DNA of 63,511 nt from Promethearchaeota archaeon (GCA_048940645.1 JBHLOI010000017.1:1-63511), one strand, 5' to 3'; positions 10,146 to 21,500 are shown, counted from the first letter of the stretch. The notes: generated from the sequence alone by a model not told the origin. A program made the numbers and translations.

Positions 10146-13100
10146 TTATATTTTTTCCTTTAATTTAAGTCTAGGAGCTAAGCCTAAACTCATCATTTCT
10201 TGGAGAAGTAATTTAAAAGCATATGAGCAAACAACTTTTGAAATGATAGTGCCCTCACCACATACAGGGCAATAACGCTTGTCCCTATTTCTATCATAAA
10301 CTGCTAATAAGCCACATTTTTCACATACTAAAATAACTGTTTTATCCGATTCATCTAATAACCTTTCTTTCAATAATAAGGCTGATCCATGACCGACTAA
10401 ACAATCGCGTTCCATTTCTCCAAAACGAAGTCCACCCTCACGTGCACGTCCTTCAGTTGGTTGTCTTGTCAGAATCTGCACTGGACCTCTTGCTCTCGCA
10501 TGTAATTTATCTGCAACTAGATGATATAATTTTTGGTAATAAATTGGAGCACAATAAATACCCGCCTCATACTTTTCACCTGTAATTCCGTTATACATAA
10601 CTTCTCTTCCGTTGAATTCAAAACCTGATTTGACCAACTGCTCTTGGAGTTTAGTGATTTCTTTCCATTCAAACGCAGTTGCATCGCCAAGTTTTCCAGT
10701 AGTACAAGATATTTTTCCACTAATTCCCTCAAATAATTGTCCTAAAGTCATTCTGGATGGCATAGCATGAGGATTTACAATAATATCAGGTATTACTCCC
10801 GATGAGGTAAAAGGCATATCCTCTTGAGGTTGAATTAATCCCAGAACTCCTTTCTGACCATGACGAGAAGAGAATTTATCTCCTAACTCTGGAATTCGTA
10901 AATCTCTTACTTTTATCTTAACCAATTTATTACCATCTACAGTTTCTGAAATTATGACAGTATCTACAATACCCTTTTCATTATGTCTCATATTTTTGGA
11001 AGTTTCTCGTCTATTAGGTTGCATTAATTCAAATTCTTCATATGATTTTATAAATCTTGGGGGTGAAGTCCTCCCGATTAAAACATCACCTCCATTAACG
11101 GCAGTTTCAGGTTCTATAATACCATCATCTTCTGATAATAATCTGTAAGACTCAGCAGATTTAAATCCTCTTACTCCTCTTTCCGGGATTTCAAATTTAT
11201 CAATCTCTCCTCCAGGATACTTTCTTTCTTCTGCATCGTACGTTCTAAAAAAGTGACTCCTGGCAAGACCACGATTTATTGAAGCTTTATTAATAATTAT
11301 TGCATCCTCAATATTGAAACCTTCATAGCTCATCATTGCAATAATAAAATTTTGTCCAGCTGGTCGTTTATTGATTCCAATAATTTCCATTGGACTTGTT
11401 TTTACTAGAGGTTGTTGTGGATAATGTAGAGTATGACCTCTCGTATCAAGTCTTAAATGCATATTTGCTGCAAACAAACCTAATGCTTGTTTTACCATTC
11501 CAGCCTCATAAGTATTTCTTGGAGATTGATTATGTTCAGGAAATGGGATTATTGAAGCACAAATTCCTAAAATAGCCGCTGGTGAAATCTCCATATGAGT
11601 ATGCTCAGCACTTACATCTTTTTCAAACATTGCTATATAAGCATTTTCCTCTTCTTCAGCATCTAAATATTCAATTACACCTTTTTGGATTAAATCTGAC
11701 CATGAATATTTATTTTGCTTCAATTTCTCAATATCTTCTTTTAAAATAAGCATTTTTTTATTCTTAATTACAAATAATGGTCTAGTTGCTCTTCCAGCAT
11801 CACAGTTTATTTGAATTTCTCTTGAATCATGATAATATCCAATATTTACATGTTGACCTATTTCTCCCTTTCTCCTTTTTTCTCTAAGTTGATGGATGAA
11901 AGGATTATGTTTTTGGTGAATGCCAACCAATTTTCCATTTAGAAAAACTTTAGTCTTTACACCCTTAACATTTTTAACTTCATTTATAGGAATTACACCT
12001 AAATCAATCAGAATATTTTCAATTATTCGTTCATCAGCTCCAACTGAAATAATCGATGCTAATCCAAGATTTTTTACCAAACCACAATTTGGTCCCTCTG
12101 GAGTTTCTGCAGGACAAATTTTCCCCCATTGCGTAGGATGTAAATCTCTGGCTTCAAAATGAGGTTGACTTCTACTTAATGGAGATATTACCCTTCTTAG
12201 ATGACTTAATGTGCCAACATGATTTGTTCTATTTAATAACTGACTAACTCCTGCTTTACCACCAACCCAATTCCCTGTTGCTAAAGCATGTCTTATTCTT
12301 TCGGTGATAACATCTGCTCTTACAGCTGTTTTTATATTGGGTGCTCTTCCTCTAACGGCAGTTCTTTCTAATTGATACTTAATATCTTTTACTAGATTTA
12401 AAAAAGCAACTCTAAATAAAGAAGTAAATAACTCTCCAGCCAATTTTAATCTTTTATTAGCATAATGATCCTTATCATCTGGTTCTCTTAATCCTAAAGC
12501 AAGCTCCATAACTTTTTGTGCCATTTGTCCCAAATAATAAGCTTTCTTTATCCTATCGTCTTCTGAATTACCAATGTGAGGTAAAAGATACCTATCTAAT
12601 ACTTGAAGTGCTCGACGAATACGATAATCTTTTGTTTGACCTATTGCAACTCTTTTTCCAATATAATCAAGAGCATTTTGTTGAGATTTTTCAGCATCCT
12701 TTAATACTTGTATTTCAGAGGCTACATCTATAACAGGGATTAATTCTTTTTGAATCTCGTCATTTTCAGAAATAGCTTCAAATATTTCTCTATCAGAATG
12801 TAATCCTAATGAACGCATGAGAATTGCTAAAGGAATTTTACCTGGGACAGAAGGAAATGATACTCTTAAATTACCATCTTTTTTCCTTTCAATTGTTACT
12901 GGAGCTCGGAAGCCACTTCTAGTTGAAAATACCTTTGCTTGATGAGTTGCACTTGAACTCCTACTGGCTTCCTCTGCAAGGATTCGATTTGGAGCTAAGT
13001 CTTCTTGTGTAACGAGAACCCGCTCAGTTCCATTTATAATGAAGTAGCCTCCTGGATCTAAGGGATCTTCTCCCCGATTTATTAATTCCTGCTCGGATAA

Positions 13101-13517
13101 ATTTTCTAAAGGACATCGACTGCTTTTTAACATAATAGGGATTTTTCCTATATAAATTTCTAATGTTTCTTCAGCCTCCTCCCTTTGAGTACGCTCATCA
13201 ATAGTTATTGGCGTCATTTCTAATGTAATGTCTGCAGCATAACTCAATTCTCTGATTCTAGCTTCGATTGGAGTTATTTCCATTGTTGCTCCATCAGCTT
13301 CTCTTACTTTGGGGACCCCTACTTTAATTTTACCAAACTTTATCTTAAATCCTGGGATATCAGGTATTACTTCTCCTGATTCATCAACGATTTCCTGCAT
13401 TTCAAGTTCAATAAAATTATTATATGAATCTAGATGTTGACGAACCAGACCTTTTTCGTCAAATAAGCTTTTTAAAACAACCCATTTATCACTATTAGAT
13501 AAATTATCAGAACTCAA
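10146..13517 (-). CDS. rpoB: DNA-directed RNA polymerase subunit B (Rpo2), unsplit
   Basis: DPGGYFIINGTERV, CPAETPEG, GDKFSSRHGQKG, REGGLRFGEMERD, C-terminal Zn finger. Confidence 0.99.
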   Translation of the reverse strand: MSSDNLSNSDKWVVLKSLFDEKGLVRQHLDSYNNFIELEMQEIVDESGEVIPDIPGFKIKFGKIKVGVPKVREADGATMEITPIEARIRELSYAADITLEMTPITIDERTQREEAEETLEIYIGKIPIMLKSSRCPLENLSEQELINRGEDPLDPGGYFIINGTERVLVTQEDLAPNRILAEEASRSSSATHQAKVFSTRSGFRAPVTIERKKDGNLRVSFPSVPGKIPLAILMRSLGLHSDREIFEAISENDEIQKELIPVIDVASEIQVLKDAEKSQQNALDYIGKRVAIGQTKDYRIRRALQVLDRYLLPHIGNSEDDRIKKAYYLGQMAQKVMELALGLREPDDKDHYANKRLKLAGELFTSLFRVAFLNLVKDIKYQLERTAVRGRAPNIKTAVRADVITERIRHALATGNWVGGKAGVSQLLNRTNHVGTLSHLRRVISPLSRSQPHFEARDLHPTQWGKICPAETPEGPNCGLVKNLGLASIISVGADERIIENILIDLGVIPINEVKNVKGVKTKVFLNGKLVGIHQKHNPFIHQLREKRRKGEIGQHVNIGYYHDSREIQINCDAGRATRPLFVIKNKKMLILKEDIEKLKQNKYSWSDLIQKGVIEYLDAEEEENAYIAMFEKDVSAEHTHMEISPAAILGICASIIPFPEHNQSPRNTYEAGMVKQALGLFAANMHLRLDTRGHTLHYPQQPLVKTSPMEIIGINKRPAGQNFIIAMMSYEGFNIEDAIIINKASINRGLARSHFFRTYDAEERKYPGGEIDKFEIPERGVRGFKSAESYRLLSEDDGIIEPETAVNGGDVLIGRTSPPRFIKSYEEFELMQPNRRETSKNMRHNEKGIVDTVIISETVDGNKLVKIKVRDLRIPELGDKFSSRHGQKGVLGLIQPQEDMPFTSSGVIPDIIVNPHAMPSRMTLGQLFEGISGKISCTTGKLGDATAFEWKEITKLQEQLVKSGFEFNGREVMYNGITGEKYEAGIYCAPIYYQKLYHLVADKLHARARGPVQILTRQPTEGRAREGGLRFGEMERDCLVGHGSALLLKERLLDESDKTVILVCEKCGLLAVYDRNRDKRYCPVCGEGTIISKVVCSYAFKLLLQEMMSLGLAPRLKLKEKI

Positions 13518-13557
13518 TTTTCTATTAACCTATAAAATATTTTTATTAAAATAGTAA

Positions 13558-13815
13558 TTAGACTTTTTCTTTTGTAACATATCTGTAATAATTTACGAAC
13601 TTTACAGTTGTGTGAGAATCTCTTATAATTTTAACTATATCCCCTTCTTTTGCTCCAACAGCAAGAGCGACTGGATCCTTTTCAGACATTTGAGGTAAAT
13701 CAATTACGCTGATCTGATATTTTTCTAGTAATTTTTGTGATTCCTCTTTAGTTAAAAGGTGGTGCTTAGGTACCAACTCATGAAGTAAGACATCTATTTT
13801 ACGTTTTTTTGTCAA
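13558..13815 (-). CDS. rpoH: DNA-directed RNA polymerase subunit H (Rpo5)
   Basis: HELVPKHHLL...LP....DPV....G...GDIVKIIR.S.T....YYRYV. Confidence 0.97.
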   Translation of the reverse strand: MTKKRKIDVLLHELVPKHHLLTKEESQKLLEKYQISVIDLPQMSEKDPVALAVGAKEGDIVKIIRDSHTTVKFVNYYRYVTKEKV

Positions 13816-13903
13816 GAAAAAATCCTCTTATCTAATAAATTATTATTAATAAAGTGTAAGATTTCTAAAAAATTTTACTATTTACATCTGTATCATTTTA
13901 AGA

Positions 13904-14548
13904 TTAATTTTTTTGGGTTATTTTTTGTTTATACTTGAAAATCCAATATCCGCTTTTCTTACATATAATTTCGATATTTTCCTCTGAGAATTTATTTTTT
14001 AAATATTTTGAAATAAATTCTGCTCCCATTTTTCTTTTAATTACAAATTGAAATAGTCCATTTGGCTTTAAATATAAAGGAATCTCATCAAAAAGATCTA
14101 AAAATTCTTTTCTTCCTTTTCTTAAAGGAGGGTTCATATAAATTCCATCAAAAATTACTTTTTTATTCTTTATTGGCTCAAAATAATTTCCAGTTAAAGC
14201 AAAAGTGCGATTTTTGCTTTCTGGTAAATTGATTTTAATATTTTCTTTTGCACACCATATTGCTCTTTTATTTATATCAATTAAATAGACTGTACTCTTA
14301 GGAGATTCATAGGCTAAAACAATTCCAATAACTCCATACCCACAACCCAGATCTATAATAGTACTTGATTTTGGAGGTATTAACATATTTTCTACAAGAA
14401 TTTTTGTACCTAAATCTAATTTTTTATAAGCAAATACTCCTGTAATTGTTTTAAAAATAAATAAATGGCGCCTTAAACTTACTGAAAGAGATTGAAATTT
14501 AACTTTGGCATCGGGGAATGGGCTATAATAATGCTTATCATTATACAT
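13904..14548 (-). CDS. Class I SAM-dependent methyltransferase (RsmC/MTS-like)
   Basis: HYYS, GVF...LDLGT, IIDLGCGYGVIG, NPPLRKG, KSGYW. Confidence 0.9.
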   Translation of the reverse strand: MYNDKHYYSPFPDAKVKFQSLSVSLRRHLFIFKTITGVFAYKKLDLGTKILVENMLIPPKSSTIIDLGCGYGVIGIVLAYESPKSTVYLIDINKRAIWCAKENIKINLPESKNRTFALTGNYFEPIKNKKVIFDGIYMNPPLRKGRKEFLDLFDEIPLYLKPNGLFQFVIKRKMGAEFISKYLKNKFSEENIEIICKKSGYWIFKYKQKITQKN

Positions 14549-14565
14549 AATGATTTAATGATATC

Positions 14566-15579
14566 TTACTTTTTTGTTTTAGATTCATTCCAATGAGGAT
14601 AAATACCACGTTCCATAAACACTTTATTAATTTTTACCATTATTCCTGATTTTGATTTGTAAATCTTCATAGCGTTCATTTTAGCAATACCAAATCCAAT
14701 TAATTCCTTCTTCAGCGTCATTAAAGCTACTAGAGCACCTAAATTTATTTTAGCATCAATGTAACATGCTCCTGCAGCAGCAAGATCTGCACCATGACAT
14801 ATTGCATCGACAGCTGTGTCTCTGACATATATCTTGGGAAGATGGGATACCATTTTTTCCATTGGAGAAATTATCCCCCTTAAATAATACTCATCTCCCT
14901 CATTTTTATATAAACTAAAAGCATCCTTTATATTTTGTAAGGTAACAAGACTATTATCCTCCTCAAAATTACCTACTCTTGTTCTTCTTAATTCAAGCAT
15001 ATGAGCTCCTGAACATAAGGCTTCACCTATATCAAAACATAATTTACGTATATAAGTACCTGCCTCACAACCAACTCTAAATAGAACATGATTTTTATTA
15101 ACTTCAAGAACTTCACTGTAATATATCTCTCTTATTCTTAATTTTCTCAAAACTGAAGATTTTAAAGGAGGTGTTTGATAAATCTTTCCTGTAAAAACTT
15201 TAAATATTTTTTCAATTTTTTTCTTTGGTTCTGGATTATGCAGATACATGACTCCTATATATTCTTTACCTGCATCGAGCAATGCTGATAAAACCCGCGT
15301 TGCTTTTCCAAGAGCACAAGGTAATACTCCTGTAACTTTAGGATCTAAAGTTCCACCATGTCCAGCGTTCGATACCTCCAATATTTTACGCACCCAAGAA
15401 ACTATCTCATGACTTGTTGGACCTTTAGGTTTATCTAAGTTGATTACCCCATACTGAAGTAAATCTTCAATTTTCCGTTTTTCTGGGTCACAACCATAAT
15501 TATAATTAGTAGTATCTTGAGATTTTATTAATAACTGCTCAGGCTCATCAGATGGTAATTTTAATTCAGAATATTTCAT
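14566..15579 (-). CDS. cbf5: H/ACA RNA-guided pseudouridine synthase Cbf5
   Basis: LDKPKGPTSHE, GHGGTLDPKVTG, CEAGTYIRKL, C-terminal PUA. Confidence 0.97.
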   Translation of the reverse strand: MKYSELKLPSDEPEQLLIKSQDTTNYNYGCDPEKRKIEDLLQYGVINLDKPKGPTSHEIVSWVRKILEVSNAGHGGTLDPKVTGVLPCALGKATRVLSALLDAGKEYIGVMYLHNPEPKKKIEKIFKVFTGKIYQTPPLKSSVLRKLRIREIYYSEVLEVNKNHVLFRVGCEAGTYIRKLCFDIGEALCSGAHMLELRRTRVGNFEEDNSLVTLQNIKDAFSLYKNEGDEYYLRGIISPMEKMVSHLPKIYVRDTAVDAICHGADLAAAGACYIDAKINLGALVALMTLKKELIGFGIAKMNAMKIYKSKSGIMVKINKVFMERGIYPHWNESKTKK

Positions 15580-15730
15580 CTTAAAATTGTTGAAGAGAAT
15601 TTTCTATATGTAAATTAGGGTAGATTTAAATTTTATTTTTATTAATTTAATTTCTGTTTGAAATGACAAAATGTAAAAAGAGGTTCTCTAAACCTTATAA
15701 ATTTGTGACATGAAAAAATATTATATAGAA

Positions 15731-15804
15731 CGGGCTATGGGGGATTCGAACCCCCGACCTTCAGGTTAAAAGCCTGCTGCGCTACCTGTCTGCGCTAATA
15801 GCCC
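15731..15804 (-). tRNA. tRNA-Lys(UUU), intronless
   Basis: Reverse complement GGGCTAT-TA-GCGC...GCGC-A-GCAGG-CT-TTT-AA-CCTGA-AGGTC-GGGGG-TTCGAAT-CCCCC-ATAGCCC-G forms a cloverleaf. Confidence 0.95.
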
Positions 15805-15935
15805 AAACAATAATTATACTAAAGATCTATTATTAATTTTGAAGTAAAATTACAATATAACAAATCTATAATAATATAAAATTTTTTCTGTATTTTTTTG
15901 GATATAATCAAGAATTATTCATAATTAAATTTAAT

Positions 15936-16952
15936 CTACTTAAAATGCTCAAAACCTCGACTTTTTATTTCCAATTTGGTCTTATTCTTTTTAAAATATA
16001 TTTTTTCTTCTGAAATTACTTTTCCTATTTTAAACAACTTTCCCCCTCCTTCTTTAGCCTTTTTTTGAGCGGTTTCAATGTTATTAGAGTTAATTGTAAA
16101 TATTTGAATAAATTCTTCCCCCCCTTCAAATATCAGTTTTTCTAAAGGAACATTAAACTCTTGTGCGTATAAGAGAGCCTCTTCATGAATTAAATTATCA
16201 TTAAAGTCAATTTCAAAACCAGTATGAGGATTAACTAACATTAAATCTCTCAAGGATTTTGCTAAACCATCTGATGAGTCGATACTTGAAGTTGCTAAAC
16301 TATTATTAGCTAAAATATAGGCTTCCTCACCAGGATCTGTTGGTTCCAATACACTTAGAATTGATCTTTTATATTTTGGATACTTTTTTAGATTACCTTT
16401 TTTTCTTACAAGAATATCAAAACCCACACCAGTCAAACCAAATTTACTATTTACAACCAAAATATCCCCTCTGTTTATTCCACTTCTAAATATTAGCATT
16501 GAAGGATCTTTAAAACCAAATACAGTAGGATTGATAATTAATTCTTTGGTTTTATTAATGTCACCACCTATATAATCAAGATTCCACTTCTTACAATAAT
16601 CGATTATACCAATCATCAACTCATCAAAAAAATTCATACTCAAAGTCTTCGGTATGCCTAATGAAATGATGATTCCTTTTGGTCTTACACCTTTAACCAT
16701 TAAATCACTTATATTCATAAGAACAGATTTACGCCCAATCTGATGAAAATTCATTTGTTTGGGAGCATCGGTTGTGGATACAAACATATCTGAATTAAGA
16801 ATTAAATTACTTTGAAAATCCAGCTCTTTAAGCGAAAAAAAGAAACTATCATCTTGAATTAATTCTTTACCAGTTTTCTCAAAGATTAAATTATCAATAA
16901 TTTTGATAATTTTTAGTTCTCCAAAATCTCTTATATATTTTTTTTGACTCAT
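15936..16952 (-). CDS. thiL: Thiamine-monophosphate kinase
   Basis: GELKII, SDMFV, GRKSVLMNISDL..KG, IGGD, SSIDSSDGL, GGEEF, GFEHF. Confidence 0.93.
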   Translation of the reverse strand: MSQKKYIRDFGELKIIKIIDNLIFEKTGKELIQDDSFFFSLKELDFQSNLILNSDMFVSTTDAPKQMNFHQIGRKSVLMNISDLMVKGVRPKGIIISLGIPKTLSMNFFDELMIGIIDYCKKWNLDYIGGDINKTKELIINPTVFGFKDPSMLIFRSGINRGDILVVNSKFGLTGVGFDILVRKKGNLKKYPKYKRSILSVLEPTDPGEEAYILANNSLATSSIDSSDGLAKSLRDLMLVNPHTGFEIDFNDNLIHEEALLYAQEFNVPLEKLIFEGGEEFIQIFTINSNNIETAQKKAKEGGGKLFKIGKVISEEKIYFKKNKTKLEIKSRGFEHFK

Positions 16953-17003
16953 TAGAAAAATTTTATAATTTTTAAAATTTATATTTAATTAGTTTAAAAT
17001 CTT

Positions 17004-17134
17004 GCCTCTGTGGCTTAGCGGTATAGCAACTATCTTGTTATTTCTGATAAGATTGCTAAAGATTCGTAATCTGTAGGTCGGGGGTTCAAATGCAGAGAAA
17101 GTCCTTCTCTAAAGAATAATTCCCCCCAGAGGCT
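17004..17134 (+). tRNA. tRNA-Thr(CGU) with two non-canonical introns (about 17031-17059 at 28/29; about 17090-17119 at 58/59)
   Basis: Acceptor stem GCCTCTG/CAGAGGC. Removing the inserts gives anticodon arm ACAGA-TT-CGT-AA-TCTGT and T arm GGGGG-TTCAATT-CCCCC. Both inserts have BHB-type junctions. Confidence 0.9.
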
Positions 17135-18152
17135 ATATCTCTATATCCTCAGCGGTTAAATATTTCTTTATCATTTGTAATGCTAGCATTTTAAAGGCAT
17201 CATCTATATTTTCTCCCGTTTTTGCTGATGTCTCTACATATGATAATTCAAGTTTTTGGGAAATTGTTTCACCTTCTTTAGTTGAAATTACTCTATCATC
17301 TTTTAAATCAATCTTATTTCCCACTAATATCAGTGAGATTCTTGGTGAAGCTTTACTTATTTCATTGAACCAATTTTCAATATTTACAAACGAATTTTTG
17401 TTAGTTACATCAAAAACAAGAATTCCTGCTTCTGCATTGGCTAAGTAAGATTGTCTAACCCGCTTAAATTGTGCTTGGCCTGCTAGATCCCAAATTACAA
17501 AACGTACAGCGCTCTGTAAACCCTCAAATTTACATTCTTTTTTCATGATTGAAGTTCCAATTGTTGATTTGTAATCTTTAGCAAATGTGTTTTCTACGAA
17601 CCTGTGTACCATACTGGTCTTACCAACATTACCATCTCCTCCTAATATTAATTTAAATGCATACTCACCAGATTTTATTTTAACTTTTTGGAGTTTATCT
17701 ACTTTTCTTTGAATATTCTTAGTATCTTTTTTGTTTATTAATTTCGGGATAACTGGACTTACCGATCGTCCATCAAAAATTCTAGCAATTTTTTCAGCGG
17801 CTAAATATGCATAAGGAAATATTGGATCAACTCCAGCAATCGCATCTAAAATAGTTACAAATACTGCTTCTGGTCCAGCTTCACAAAAAATTAATCTATA
17901 TTCTTCAGTATCAAAAGTACCTGTTCCAAAAGAACCAGAACTAAACTCTTCAGTAATTCTTGTTAATACAGGTTCTACTAACGCACTAACACCCCCCACA
18001 ATTTCTTCATCCAAAATATTCTTAGATGATTTAGTTAAAGCATCAATCACTAACCCTTCTCTATTTACAACAAGTACAGCAACTAAATAATCTCCAACAT
18101 TTTGCGAATACCATTCTAGTAATGCCTTTAATTTTTTTGTATCAATTGACAA
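17133..18152 (-). CDS. Roadblock/LAMTOR-like domain fused to Rab-like small GTPase
   Basis: N-terminal roadblock pattern AVLVVNREGLVI...EEIVGGVSALV; G1 GDGNVGKTS, G2 STIG, G3 WDLAGQ, G4 NKID, G5 ETSAK. Confidence 0.92.
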   Translation of the reverse strand: MSIDTKKLKALLEWYSQNVGDYLVAVLVVNREGLVIDALTKSSKNILDEEIVGGVSALVEPVLTRITEEFSSGSFGTGTFDTEEYRLIFCEAGPEAVFVTILDAIAGVDPIFPYAYLAAEKIARIFDGRSVSPVIPKLINKKDTKNIQRKVDKLQKVKIKSGEYAFKLILGGDGNVGKTSMVHRFVENTFAKDYKSTIGTSIMKKECKFEGLQSAVRFVIWDLAGQAQFKRVRQSYLANAEAGILVFDVTNKNSFVNIENWFNEISKASPRISLILVGNKIDLKDDRVISTKEGETISQKLELSYVETSAKTGENIDDAFKMLALQMIKKYLTAEDIEI

Positions 18153-18363
18153 AAACTACAACTCTTTGTGCAATTAGAGAATGTTGAAATAAGAACCTTA
18201 TAAATTATATAACTAGTTAAATATATTCTAATAAAAATTTTTTTAAAAGAAAGGGAGAAAGATAAAATAAATTTTTTAAAATTTATAGTATTAAATTTCA
18301 TTAACTTTTAATGGAAAATAATTTTAATTCATCGAATTTGCGTGAATTTTAAATTTAATTCTA

Positions 18364-18448
18364 GCAGGAGTAGCCAAGCCTGGTTAACGGTGCTAGACCG
18401 AGGCTCTAGTCTCATAGGAGTTCGAGGGTTCAAATCCCTCCTCCTGCA
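18364..18448 (+). tRNA. tRNA-Leu(GAG), long variable arm
   Basis: GCAGGAG/CTCCTGC acceptor stem, CTAGA-CC-GAG-GC-TCTAG anticodon arm, GAGGG-TTCAAAT-CCCTC T arm, discriminator A. Confidence 0.93.
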
Positions 18449-18519
18449 TTATGATATTTATTCCTGGTTTATAAAGTTTTCATGGTTCTTTAAGGAATAT
18501 TAATTGATGTATAGAAGAA

Positions 18520-21500
18520 TTAGAAGAAATCAGATAATTTCTGTTGTTTTATTCTGGGATTATTGGTTAAACTCTCTACATATTCCTCAATCAATTCCAT
18601 TCGCTGAATAGTATACTCATCTAAATTAAATTGTTTACATAATTTAATAGCACGAGGAATATATTTTTCAATTCCCCCCCTATTAACTGTTAATATTACT
18701 CTATTTCCACATTTAGGGCAATTACCTGCATTAGAAAGAGGTGGTCTTCTGTATTTTTCATTACATTTTACACACCTAAATTCTTGTATAGAAAATTTCC
18801 TTAAATTACCTAAAATATCTGGATTGAAGTGACTAGTTAATATTTTTTCTGCGACTTTTTTAGCATTTACAGATTTAATGATTTCAGCTAGATGTAATTG
18901 AGCATCTATTTTATTATCCATAGATTCATATGTTTTATATGCAGTGACTGTTGGTCCTTCATTAATGTTTTTAGTAGGTATGTTGAATCCAATGTTTTCA
19001 TATTGTTCAGGAGTACCTAATCGGCTTTCTACAAGCTTCATCAATGTTTCAACTTTCGATGGAGAGACAAATTTTTCGCTTGCTTCATAAAACTCTAAGG
19101 GGTATTTATAAAGCGTATCTACATTATGTGCCTCAACATCTATTTCATTTGGGTCTAAAAATGTACCAATAACCAATGTAGCATCCATTCTTCCACCAAT
19201 TTTACTTGGTAAATAATGCCTAGAAAAATTCAAAAGAGGATCTAAAAGTAACATTATCCCATCTTCATCTCCATCACAATTCCTCCTTTTTGCCGCATGC
19301 CAATAAGGATGCGCATAAATTGATCTAGCGGGAGAAAATCCAATGATACGGCCGATAATTCCTGCACTTGTATGAGGCGCTAATCCCACCAATAAATGTC
19401 CTACCAAATCTATTTTCTCAGAAATATTATAAAATCTATCCAGTTCATAAAAATACTCTAATTCATCATCTAAAAACCGAGAAACTTTAATTAAATAATC
19501 AGCACAATCATTTGAGATGATAACATCTTGTACTCTCAATTCAACAATTTGTTTTTTGTCATGTAATGGATCACCCTTATAATCATGCGTATATCCCAAA
19601 TCTCTTAATCTTTCAATGGGGACTCCAATTTCTTCTGCTTTAAAATGGGTTAAAGGTATATCAGTAGCATCGTACCTTATTTCAGCAGTTTTATATACCA
19701 AGACGTCATTTTTTGCTCGTAAAATGCCTTTTTCTATAGGTTCTGGTATCTTGAATGTATTTGTTAAACCAAAAATACCCTTTATTTTTTTTGGAAAAGA
19801 TACTTGAAGAGAATTTAAGACTGAATCTATATGAGATTTAATATTGAATATAGCTTCACTTGAAGATTTCAGTGTTTCCCCGCATTTAGGGCATTTTTCA
19901 TTTTCATTAGGATCTGATGCGGGAAATAAATTTTTACATTTTATGCAGATAGATTTTAACTCAGTATGAGTTTTACACTTTGGACATAAATTAAATATAC
20001 TTACTGCACCACATTTAGGACACATTCTCCTGCATACATCTATCTGTACTTTTTGTAATTCTCTTGCTTTTTCTACTGATCTAGAATTACCAACTTTATC
20101 GCTTAGAGGGAATAATGTATGAACTCCCTTCATGCTTTTTCTTTCGGATTTCTCAGGGCGTCCCATCCTCGTACCCATAAAATAAGGTGCTTTATTCTTC
20201 ACTATAATGGAAGATGCCTTGAAAAAATAACTGAATACATCATCTTCCTTACTATATTTAATTGATTTTTTGTCTTTGAGATTAAATAACACCTTATAGA
20301 TCTTATTCATGGCTTTTTTAAAAAAAATTTTATTATCCTTAACTTTATGTAAAATAAATGCTTTTTCCAGAACATCTTTAATTTCCTTGGTATTGTCTAG
20401 GATAATTTTCTCATTTTGTACTGAAAAATTAGAAATGAATGCCTTTCTTAAAAGATCTAATTCTTCTATTGAGATATTACCCCAAAAATCAATATATGAG
20501 GGGTGTAGAGGTATATTGTAATTTAATGATATTTCTATCGCTTCATCAGCTGTAGGTCTACACTCAAAAGGATTAATTATATAATTACGTATTTTTTGAT
20601 CTATATTTTGTAGATTCTCAACGGCTTTTTCTAATTCTAAAGCCCACCATTCTTCCACATAACCAGAAGGTACTAAGGTATGATTATTTTCTGCGAATTC
20701 TCCAAAACCGAAAAGAATGTCTCCTAAAAATAATACTTTTTCTAATTTAGGAAAATAATCGTTTGCCATTTTATAACTGTTTATTTTAATCACATTACCA
20801 TTTTTCAATTTAACAATAGGAGGTTCAATTGAATTAACAGGACAAACACTGGTGCTTTTACCAGGCCTTTCAATTCTTAATTGTGTACCAATTGAGATAA
20901 AATCATCTAAAATTCCCATAGTTGCGGGATTAATTCCTGCTGCAGCTAAACCAGTATTCCTAGATCTTCCATACCTTATCCTATGACCACCTATTTCAGA
21001 TGGATGACTAAAAACAGGTCTTCCTGCTATAATATCAGCAACAAACTTTGAATTTGGGAGAATTTTTATTTTTTCTTCTTTATTTCCATTTTTTACCCCT
21101 GTTTTATGTACAACTAGATTTTTGTTTTCTCCTTTATTAGCAACTTTTTTTAAATCGGCTAACCAATTCCAACTTTCTAAATTCATTGACTTTGCGATTT
21201 TTAAAAGTTTTGGTGCCTTTAGAAGAATTCCATCATTTAAGACTAAGCAAGCGCCTCCTCGGATTTTATTTGTTTCAATTCTTGGCAAATTTCGAAATGC
21301 TGAGACTTCTTCATCTTCTGTTGAGTCCCCATTTATTTCTACAGGTAAGTGTTTTACTGCGAATCGTATCTCATCATTGGAAGATGGATACTGTAAATGA
21401 ACTCTTCTATCATACAATTTTACTTCTTCGACATATCTTCCAATTTCAGCTTCTGTAGCTTCAAATTTAGGTATTCTTGTTTTTTCTCTTACATAATCAG

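Noticed and set aside
14566-15579. Possible cbf5 intron as in Crenarchaeota
   Set aside because: ORF is continuous through GHGGTLDP
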